This document shows, in pieces, positions 36,401 to 43,145 of a DNA stretch of 43,145 nucleotides (positions are counted from its first letter, which is position 1; every line of letters begins with the position of its first letter). Under the pieces are notes generated by a model. That model ran no database searches. It saw only the letters and a program-made list of their open reading frames with translations, and was not told where the DNA came from. The position numbers and the translations under genes were made by a program. Origin of the DNA: a virus (lineage: Duplodnaviria; Caudoviricetes); IMG/VR virus record IMGVR_UViG_3300021124_000007, positions 1 through 43,145 of that record. One strand, given 5' to 3'.

Positions 36401-37099
36401 ATGTTTTATACAATCTATAAAATTACTAATAAAATAAATGGCAAATATTATATTGGTAAACACCAAACTACCAATCTAAATGATGGGTATATGGGAAGTG
36501 GAAAAAATGTAAAAAGAGCAATTGCCAAATACGGCATTGAAAATTTTACAAAAGAAATATTACACACCTATGATAATGAAGCAGATATGAATGCTGCTGA
36601 AAAAAAATTAGTTGTTATAAGTGAAGAAACCTACAATTTATGCGAAGGCGGAAAAGGTGGGTTTAGTCATATTAACAAAAATAATCTATCTGTAAAAAAT
36701 TTAAAAAATCCAAATGTTAGAAAAGTTGCCACTAAAAATTCCAATAAAAAAAGAATAGAAAATTTTAATAATAATACAGTGTTAAAAAAACAGTGGGAAG
36801 ATAATATATCTAATAGTTTAAAATCTTATTATAAAACACATTCTGGAACTTTTACAGGAAAAAGACACCCAAAGGAAATTGAAAATAGAATTGCTGAAAA
36901 GTTAAAAATAACAAATAAAGGCAGCGGTAATCCAAATTTTGGAAAATGTTGGATTAAAAATGTAAAAACAAAAGAATATGGAATGATATTAAAATCTGAT
37001 TTAAATTATTGGATTTCTCTTGGGTGGGAACTTGGACAAATACGAGAAAATGGTATTCCAGTAAAATTGAAAAATAATCAAGACGGTAAGGCACAGTAA
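36401..37099 (+). CDS. GIY-YIG (Seg-like) homing endonuclease
   Basis: TIYKITN..KYYIGKH..YMGSG, YNLCEGGKGG; close paralogue of 34234..34863. Confidence 0.9.
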   Translation: MFYTIYKITNKINGKYYIGKHQTTNLNDGYMGSGKNVKRAIAKYGIENFTKEILHTYDNEADMNAAEKKLVVISEETYNLCEGGKGGFSHINKNNLSVKNLKNPNVRKVATKNSNKKRIENFNNNTVLKKQWEDNISNSLKSYYKTHSGTFTGKRHPKEIENRIAEKLKITNKGSGNPNFGKCWIKNVKTKEYGMILKSDLNYWISLGWELGQIRENGIPVKLKNNQDGKAQ

Positions 37100-37165
37100 A
37101 CAATCCGCAATGGCGATGGGATGTGTCACGGTGTGGGCGATAGATGGGGGCTGCACACTGACTTT
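37080..37165 (+). repeat. 86-bp direct repeat, copy 1 (structured, GC-rich)
   Basis: Matches 37958-38043 except for one C/T. Confidence 0.92.
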
Positions 37166-37173
37166 GAAATTTT

Positions 37174-37200
37174 GGATCGGTTACCGTAGTGGCGAACGGA
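37174..37200 (+). pseudogene. truncated tRNA (5' acceptor strand plus D-arm only)
   Basis: GGATCGG-TT-ACCG-TAGTGGCGAA-CGG-A, cut off at the end of the inserted minus-strand gene. Confidence 0.55.
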
Positions 37201-37201
37201 A

Positions 37202-37867
37202 CTAATCTATATCAAAGTCTAAGGGTGTCTCGTAACAAGTATGTATTTGCAGCACTTCTTTAACATCACGCCCAATTAATTCAACCCAATTATTTGTGCA
37301 ATGAATTTGATTGCTATTAAAAATTACAGCAGAACCTGCACTATATTCAAAAATACCATCGAGAGTAAGATAATTTGCAACATAGTCTCGGATACGTTCA
37401 TCATAAGTGTGTGATATATTTTCAAGTTCGCTGATATTATTTTTTCGTTGTTTAGTTTTAATTAATTTATATAGATCATTAGATGCTAACCAATTAAAAT
37501 AAAGTGAAGTTTTTTCAAATTTTTCTTTAAAAACAATCGTTTTGCTTTGTGGCAAATCATCTAAGGCTATCACCATTGTATATCTATACAAATGTTCATT
37601 GCCATTTGGTTCATCCATATGTAAATTTAAAGGTTTATATTGTAATTGATAACCGCCATAAGGTTCTTCGTATGGTATTGGAAAATTATTTTTTACTAAA
37701 CGATCAACAATAGCAAAACATTCATCTTTATTTGACAAATCTATTCTGGAATTTAATAATTCGCTTTGACTTTTAAATAAATCATATTTTTTATTTAAAC
37801 TTTGATTAAACCAGTTTCGCAATTCATTAATTTCTGCTTGAGATAAAATTTTGTTAAACAATTTCAT
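37202..37867 (-). CDS. hypothetical protein, 2OG-Fe(II) oxygenase-like
   Basis: LNLHMD (HxD) and GSAVIFNSNQIH distal His; very AT-rich. Confidence 0.6.
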   Translation of the reverse strand: MKLFNKILSQAEINELRNWFNQSLNKKYDLFKSQSELLNSRIDLSNKDECFAIVDRLVKNNFPIPYEEPYGGYQLQYKPLNLHMDEPNGNEHLYRYTMVIALDDLPQSKTIVFKEKFEKTSLYFNWLASNDLYKLIKTKQRKNNISELENISHTYDERIRDYVANYLTLDGIFEYSAGSAVIFNSNQIHCTNNWVELIGRDVKEVLQIHTCYETPLDFDID

Positions 37868-37957
37868 AAAATTATTTATATATTATAAATCTGATATAAC
37901 AAATATTGCAATTTGGGTAGGGTGTGTTGGCAAAAAAATGCTACCTATATAAAAACT

Positions 37958-38043
37958 AAGATGGTAAGGCACAGTAAACAATCCGCAATGGCGATGGGAT
38001 GTGTCACGGTGTGGGCGATAGATGGGGGCTGCACACTGACTTT
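37958..38043 (+). repeat. 86-bp direct repeat, copy 2
   Basis: Matches 37080-37165; followed by tRNA-Lys(TTT). Confidence 0.92.
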
Positions 38044-38053
38044 TTGAATTTTA

Positions 38054-38129
38054 GAACGCTTAACTCAGTTGGTAGAGTACGGGTCTTTTAAACCTGTTGT
38101 CGTGGGTTCGAACCCCACAGCGTTCACCA
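38054..38129 (+). tRNA. tRNA-Lys(TTT)
   Basis: CGGGT-CTTTTAA-ACCTG arm, CCA end. Confidence 0.9.
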
Positions 38130-38136
38130 ATATAAT

Positions 38137-38213
38137 GCCTACGTAGTTCAGTGGAATAGAATAGCGGTCTTCGAAACCGTGGGTCGGGGGTTCAAATCCC
38201 TCCGTAGGCTCCA
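38137..38213 (+). tRNA. tRNA-Arg(TCG)
   Basis: GCGGT-CTTCGAA-ACCGT arm, CCA end. Confidence 0.9.
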
Positions 38214-38268
38214 AAAATAATACTTGACAAATTTGTCAAATATAAGTATATTAAGAATATAAGGTTAT

Positions 38269-38344
38269 TGCTTAGTAGCACAGCGGTAGTTGCGTCGGTC
38301 TGTTAAACCGAGGGTCGTAGGTTCGAATCCTACCTAAGCAGCCA
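38269..38344 (+). tRNA. tRNA-Asn(GTT)
   Basis: TCGGT-CTGTTAA-ACCGA arm, G73, CCA end. Confidence 0.92.
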
Positions 38345-38395
38345 TTAACATACAATGTTATATAAATACATATAGGTTCGAATAAGGAGACCTAT

Positions 38396-38905
38396 ATGAG
38401 TAAGCAATCTGAAAATGTAATTAACTGGCGTAAAAGAACAAAACAAAAAATTGTTCAATCAATGGGTGGGTGTTGCCAAATTTGTGGATACTTCAAATGC
38501 GATGCGGCACTTGAATTACACCACATAGACCCAACAAAAAAAGAATTAAGTTTTTCTTCAATTAGAGCAAATCCAAAATCAGCAGAGGCAATTAAGGTTG
38601 AATTAATAAAATGTATTTTATTATGTTCTAATTGCCATAAAGAAATTCATAATGGTTTAATATCTATTCCAGAAAATTATGTGCAATTCAATGAAGAAAT
38701 ATTTGATGGTTGGAAAATTGAAAGAAAAGAACGCAAAGAAAAATTTAAGAAAGATAAAGTATGGCGTCAAAAGATGTTCTTAACCAATCAAGAAGTTTTT
38801 GAAAAGTTAACAACAATCTATAATGGTAATAAATCTGCTATGGCAAGGGATTATGGAGTTACTGAAACTACTATTAGAAAAAGGTTAAAGATGTTAGAAC
38901 GGTAG
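38396..38905 (+). CDS. HNH homing endonuclease
   Basis: CQICG..LELHHID..LLCSNCHKEIH, C-terminal HTH. Confidence 0.88.
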   Translation: MSKQSENVINWRKRTKQKIVQSMGGCCQICGYFKCDAALELHHIDPTKKELSFSSIRANPKSAEAIKVELIKCILLCSNCHKEIHNGLISIPENYVQFNEEIFDGWKIERKERKEKFKKDKVWRQKMFLTNQEVFEKLTTIYNGNKSAMARDYGVTETTIRKRLKMLER

Positions 38906-39517
38906 TGGAAAGAAATACCAAATTCCATCTGCCAGAACAATCAAACCGATAATACCAACGGCAATGCTGCTATACCATAGAGCCATACTAACAGCAAGAA
39001 TAGCAGTGGTTGAGAAGATAATAGCAATCTGAATAATGGTGCTAGCCATACCAAAGAATGGACTACACTTTTTGGCGCTATCACGGTCTGCTTCTAGCGC
39101 ACGACCTTTTGCCATAATTTCTTTTTTACCATCACCTTTTGGATCACTTTCTAACGCATCAATATATTTTTGATAGTTGTCAGCACGTGATTGCAACGCA
39201 GGTTTTAAACTTTTGTCAGTTTGAGGATCAGCAATTTGAACTTTTAAATCATCAAGGTTAAGTTGATACATATTTTGTTTAATGCTCTTGGCTTGATAAA
39301 AACCCCAAGTATCACCAAGTTCAATATTATCAGCCATGATTCTACCACTGACTTGCCCACCAAGCCAAGATGTAATTGCTAACAGTGCAGCAAAGATTGT
39401 AATTGTTATAGAAGCAAGCCCTTTAAGAACGGCTTCACCCTCGCTGCGGCTTAATACCTTGCCTTCTTTACTTTTCAAAACCATGTCCATCATTCCTTGA
39501 AATTGTTTTATGTCCAT
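38894..39517 (-). CDS. DUF4337-like membrane protein
   Basis: TM helix, DTWGFYQAKSIKQ motif, two C-terminal TM helices. Confidence 0.7.
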   Translation of the reverse strand: MDIKQFQGMMDMVLKSKEGKVLSRSEGEAVLKGLASITITIFAALLAITSWLGGQVSGRIMADNIELGDTWGFYQAKSIKQNMYQLNLDDLKVQIADPQTDKSLKPALQSRADNYQKYIDALESDPKGDGKKEIMAKGRALEADRDSAKKCSPFFGMASTIIQIAIIFSTTAILAVSMALWYSSIAVGIIGLIVLADGIWYFFPLPF

Positions 39518-39605
39518 ATTAATTCTTTACAAATAATTGCAACTGCTAACACTACAATTGAGGCAACCATCGCATACAAATAATAATCAAATAATTTACT
39601 GTTAC

Positions 39606-40106
39606 TCATCGTCCTACTAATACCTTTAATAATGGAACCCAACTCTTCATTGAGTAATATGCCATAGGGTCAGCAATACCCCAAATTAACAAACCAAGCC
39701 ACACAACAAGTGGCAAGAATACAAATAATATCGCAGCAGCCCAAAAATACTGAACCATTTCATCATGCGCTTCACGACGACGACGCTCTGCCTTTTTAGC
39801 AGCATTTGCAGCATCAATTTTGCTTTGCTTGTATGCTGCTCGTTGTGCTGGCGTCATTCGAGCCATTGCCATTGCTTCTTGTTCTGCTGCAATTTCTTGC
39901 ATTGCCTGAACACGTAGAGCATTATTACTACGAGTAATTTGATTATTAATTTCAGTAATTTTGTTTTGATTAATAACACGTTGATTGTTTGCTGCTTTCT
40001 GTGCAGGTGCATTTTTAACAACATCTACAATGCCAAATACAGCATCTGTAACGCCCTTGCCATAGGCTTCACCTAGTTTAGCGGCACTCTTTGGGTCCAT
40101 TACCAT
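39606..40106 (-). CDS. hypothetical coiled-coil membrane protein
   Basis: 166 aa, C-terminal TM helix; GATAAATA upstream. Confidence 0.65.
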   Translation of the reverse strand: MVMDPKSAAKLGEAYGKGVTDAVFGIVDVVKNAPAQKAANNQRVINQNKITEINNQITRSNNALRVQAMQEIAAEQEAMAMARMTPAQRAAYKQSKIDAANAAKKAERRRREAHDEMVQYFWAAAILFVFLPLVVWLGLLIWGIADPMAYYSMKSWVPLLKVLVGR

Positions 40107-40217
40107 AGAAATATCCTTTAAAAGATAACATTATACTTGACATGCATAACTATTTATCTAGTTTTTATTTTACAAGTATGGTAAACTTGCTGCAAGTTTA
40201 CCAGTTTAGGAACAGTT

Positions 40218-40679
40218 ATGCACAGAAAAGATATATTAGAAAGAAAAGAAGAAATATTAAATTGGATATCCAATCATGAACCAAAGGTATATATTTGTAA
40301 ACAATTAAAATGCAAACCCGATACGCTTGAAACATATTTAAAAAAAATGAATATCTCATATGTTGGCAATCAAGGCAGCAAAGGAAAAAAAATTGATTGG
40401 AAATATGTAGATGCGTTAACTTATGCTAAAAAAGATAATGTATCAGCGCATAAGTTAAGAATTAAATTATTAAGAGATAAAATAAAAATACATTGTTGTG
40501 AAGTATGCAATACAAGTGAATGGATGGGATGCCCGATACCATTGGAATTAGATCACATTGATGGCAATCATTATAATAATGATTTAACCAATTTAAGAAT
40601 AATATGCCCAAATTGTCATGCTCAAACTGATACTCACGCAGGAAAAAATAGAAATAAATTGACAAGGATAACTAACTAG
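40218..40679 (+). CDS. HNH homing endonuclease
   Basis: CEVC..LELDHIDGN..N...NLRIICPNCHAQT. Confidence 0.9.
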   Translation: MHRKDILERKEEILNWISNHEPKVYICKQLKCKPDTLETYLKKMNISYVGNQGSKGKKIDWKYVDALTYAKKDNVSAHKLRIKLLRDKIKIHCCEVCNTSEWMGCPIPLELDHIDGNHYNNDLTNLRIICPNCHAQTDTHAGKNRNKLTRITN

Positions 40680-40695
40680 TATATTATAATAAAAT

Positions 40696-40771
40696 GCGTC
40701 TGTAGTCCAATGGTAGAGACACAAGGTTTAGGTTCTTGGTGGTGGGAGTTCGAATCTCTTCAGACGCACCA
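40696..40771 (+). tRNA. tRNA-Leu(TAG), short variable loop
   Basis: CAAGG-TTTAGGT-TCTTG arm, CCA end. Confidence 0.85.
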
Positions 40772-40780
40772 ATATAATAT

Positions 40781-40941
40781 GCTGCTTTAGCTCAGTTGGT
40801 AGAGCAACGCACTAATCCGTAGCGGGTAACGCTACCAACCAAGTAGCAATGCTTGGTTGCTTGTGGGTATGAAGAGCCTAAAGCTCCCAATGCCGAGAGG
40901 TAATGCGTAGGTCGTCAGTTCGAATCCGACAAGCAGCACCA
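40781..40941 (+). tRNA. tRNA-Thr (GGT after joining) interrupted by an 85-nt insert in the anticodon loop
   Basis: 40781-40813 plus 40899-40941 give a 76-nt cloverleaf with ACGCA-CTGGTAA-TGCGT and CCA. Confidence 0.85.
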
Positions 40942-40946
40942 TTATT

Positions 40947-41030
40947 GGAGGTATGCGAGCAAGGTGCTCAAACGGTCTTGAAAACCGTGCCACCGCAAGG
41001 TTGATGGTTCGATTCCTTGTACCTCCGCCA
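40947..41030 (+). tRNA. tRNA-Ser(TGA)
   Basis: ACGGT-CTTGAAA-ACCGT arm, long variable arm, G73, CCA end. Confidence 0.85.
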
Positions 41031-41050
41031 ACATAGAGAAAGTAAAGAAG

Positions 41051-41170
41051 ATGTATAAGAAGTTTAAGCTATTTGAACGAGTGTTTGACTTTGTTTTGAA
41101 ATTATTTTGGTTTGCACTTCTTTGCAAGTGGTTATTTGCCGAAGTAAATATACATGATTACATCAAGTAA
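41051..41170 (+). CDS. small hydrophobic protein (39 aa)
   Basis: ORF fills the gap between tRNA-Ser and tRNA-Gly. Confidence 0.4.
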   Translation: MYKKFKLFERVFDFVLKLFWFALLCKWLFAEVNIHDYIK

Positions 41171-41244
41171 GCGGATTTCGTATAGTGGTAATACCGCAGC
41201 CTTCCAAGCTGCAGCGAGGGGTTCGATTCCCCTAGTCCGCTCCA
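41171..41244 (+). tRNA. tRNA-Gly(TCC)
   Basis: GCAGC-CTTCCAA-GCTGC arm, U73, CCA end. Confidence 0.92.
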
Positions 41245-41257
41245 TTTAAGGTTAGAT

Positions 41258-42541
41258 ATGTGTGGATTTGTCTACTTAAATTTTATTCCAAGTGATATAT
41301 CATTAGTAGATATAACGCCACGTGGACCAGATGATAATAACAATATAGTCAATGATCTAGGTTACTTTTATCATGCACGGTTAATAACCCGTGAAAATAA
41401 TATTAAACAACCGTCTGCAAATTCTGATGGTATTCTTCTGTATAATGGAACAGAGTATTATATGAACAGCAGTGATACTGTTTATATAAACAATAATCTA
41501 TGCAATGATATATCAAAAAACATTGAATTTATACAGTCATTAGATGGAGATTTTGCTATCTGCTATGTCACAGATGAGCATATCTTTTTAGCAAAAGATT
41601 GTTTTGGAACAAAACCGTTATTTTATGGAATAATGAATAAACAAATCGTTGTTGCTAGTACCGAATCAACAATTATATCTTTTGGATTTAAACCATTTCA
41701 AGTTGATCCAAATACAATAATGATATTTTCAAGGTCAACTGCCAAATATTTAAATAAATTTACAATTATAAATTGGGATACAACCCAAGGCACTACTACA
41801 TTAGATGATGTATTTGAAGCATTTGAAAGCAGTGTTCTATCTCGTTATGAAGAACCAGTTTTACTAAATTTGAGTAGCGGACATGATAGCGGTGCTATCG
41901 CAGCATGTTTGAACAAACATAATAAAAAATATTCTATCATAACACTAAATGGCAACGAAAATGCCGAAATATTAATCCAAAGAACAAAGTTGCACAAAGG
42001 CAAAAAGAAAATAATAACTTTAGATACCTTTGAAAAAAATAAACCTAGAAAAGATGAATTTCCTTGGAAAAATTTTTTAAATTACAGTCATACGCTCACT
42101 GATATTTCATTATGTGGTGCAGACGAAGCAAAAAAGAATAGTATAAAAGTAATATTAACAGGCACAGGCGGTGATGAATTATACAGCGATTATGGATTTA
42201 ATGGACATCGAATAATGAATCATAGTGTATTTGGTGGATATTTTCCTGAAGATTTTTCAATAATATCGCCACATTATACAAATAAAGTGTATCCTCTTTG
42301 GTTAAATATGCCAGCAGTTGAGTATGTTTATGCTTATCATGGGCTTGATACTAGGCACCCGTTGTTAGATAAAAAACTTTTTCAAAAATGGATTAATACT
42401 AGCACACATATAAAAAATGCTAATTATAAAAATTGGCTAGGTGAATATTTTAAACAATTAAATTATCCATATGATTCAGAATACAAAGTTGGTGCTGGAA
42501 ATATTCCATTAAAAATTCCAAAGCTAACAGAAACTGTGTAA
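41258..42541 (+). CDS. asparagine synthetase B-like amidotransferase
   Basis: N-terminal MCG, RGPD, LYNG, GTKPLFY, LSSGHDS, LTGTGGDE, RHPLLD. Confidence 0.85.
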   Translation: MCGFVYLNFIPSDISLVDITPRGPDDNNNIVNDLGYFYHARLITRENNIKQPSANSDGILLYNGTEYYMNSSDTVYINNNLCNDISKNIEFIQSLDGDFAICYVTDEHIFLAKDCFGTKPLFYGIMNKQIVVASTESTIISFGFKPFQVDPNTIMIFSRSTAKYLNKFTIINWDTTQGTTTLDDVFEAFESSVLSRYEEPVLLNLSSGHDSGAIAACLNKHNKKYSIITLNGNENAEILIQRTKLHKGKKKIITLDTFEKNKPRKDEFPWKNFLNYSHTLTDISLCGADEAKKNSIKVILTGTGGDELYSDYGFNGHRIMNHSVFGGYFPEDFSIISPHYTNKVYPLWLNMPAVEYVYAYHGLDTRHPLLDKKLFQKWINTSTHIKNANYKNWLGEYFKQLNYPYDSEYKVGAGNIPLKIPKLTETV

Positions 42542-42548
42542 ATAATAT

Positions 42549-42707
42549 ATGAATTATTCAATTGCAAAAATGATTGAGTTTGCATTCACTTATATCATAA
42601 TTAATGAACTAAAAAATGAAAATCATACCATGCCTGATGATAAAAGACTAATTATATTAGATTACATGACACAGCGTATTGATGAAATACGCAAAGTTTT
42701 CAAATGA
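42549..42707 (+). CDS. small hypothetical protein (52 aa)
   Basis: ORF with ATGA overlap to the next gene. Confidence 0.5.
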   Translation: MNYSIAKMIEFAFTYIIINELKNENHTMPDDKRLIILDYMTQRIDEIRKVFK

Positions 42708-42997
42708 ATGTATCAATAGACGATATAGATATAGATAGCATAACCTCACTAGCACCTAACAAGTATCTTGTTAAAATATACCCAAATATTGGCACTCCTT
42801 ATATTCCGCCATTTGGTTTTGAATTTCTTAAAGAAACTATACAAACACCATTACGTAAATGGTGTGATGAAAGTTTTTCCCACAATTATTCATTAAATTA
42901 TAGATTTAACAGCGGCAACCCTTATTGGTCGCTGCTTTTTAATAGTAGCGAAGATGTTAATATCTTTATGCTACGTTTTGGTTCAAATAAACCCTAA
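42704..42997 (+). CDS. small hypothetical protein (F-x-L-R-W/F family)
   Basis: RKWCDE..RFNSGNPYW..FNSSEDVNIFMLRFG. Confidence 0.7.
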   Translation: MNVSIDDIDIDSITSLAPNKYLVKIYPNIGTPYIPPFGFEFLKETIQTPLRKWCDESFSHNYSLNYRFNSGNPYWSLLFNSSEDVNIFMLRFGSNKP

Positions 42998-43145
42998 TAT
43001 CATTTGCTGCATAATTTTGAATATTCAATTGTAATGGCGTAGCAATGCCTAATTTTTCACATAAATCAATATTATCATATATCATTGATAATTCATTATT
43101 TTTTACAAACTTTTTCAAGTCCTTATTCTGTTTATCAATGTGATG
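42966..43145 (-). CDS. partial CDS entering from the right edge
   Basis: Open minus-strand frame (..IDKQNKDLKKFVK..) ending with TAA at 42966. Confidence 0.4.
   Translation of the reverse strand, partial: HHIDKQNKDLKKFVKNNELSMIYDNIDLCEKLGIATPLQLNIQNYAANDIRVYLNQNVA

Noticed and set aside
33595-36466. ORF-track entries overlapping tRNAs (33595..33837, 34886..35131, 35228..35431, 35657..36330, 36284..36466 and similar)
   Set aside because: Shadow ORFs produced by GC-rich tRNA sequence; no RBS or protein-like features.
32983-37165. Group I introns housing the GIY-YIG genes
   Set aside because: Short P/Q-like words (TTACGGGAA, AATCCGCA) occur, but no R/S (P7) elements or interrupted host gene are visible; the HEGs look free-standing.
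37080-37165. c-di-GMP-I riboswitch or HDV-like (theta) ribozyme
   Set aside because: Only superficial similarity; I could not place the GNRA/receptor pair or the nested double pseudoknot.
1-43145. Stop-codon reassignment or suppressor tRNAs
   Set aside because: Long genes are intact in the standard code, TAA/TAG/TGA all end genes, and no well-formed CTA/TTA/TCA-anticodon tRNA was found.

Overview
This 43-kb, AT-rich window comes from a large T4-like/jumbo myophage (standard genetic code). The host is probably an alphaproteobacterium (Hyphomicrobiales-like), judged from a tRNA-His lacking G-1 with U72/A73 and from a Rhizobiales-style outer-membrane protein. The left part (minus strand) is a late virion module: head-completion nuclease, tail tube, a very large tail sheath, neck protein and dNMP kinase. 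The middle holds accessory genes: GGCT, porin, GH73 hydrolase, an L7/L12 C-terminal-domain protein, a family of small paralogues, UDP-glucose dehydrogenase, a tail fibre, a methylase-nuclease-methylase cassette and a Pho-box-preceded pstS. The right 12 kb is a tRNA array (21 tRNAs, two tRNA-like RNAs and one tRNA fragment) invaded by GIY-YIG and HNH homing endonucleases. Best candidate for an undescribed system: a ribosome-dependent attenuator at the head of the tRNA array (31416-31608). Its 28-codon leader peptide contains 18 of the 20 amino acids, and its first 20 codons encode only amino acids for which the array has a tRNA, suggesting a sensor of general tRNA depletion. Also notable: a tRNA-Thr split by an 85-nt structured insert, a duplicated 86-bp structured element, and RBS-sequestering hairpins built around the late promoters of the homing endonucleases. 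All calls were made by eye; no searches or folding programs were run.
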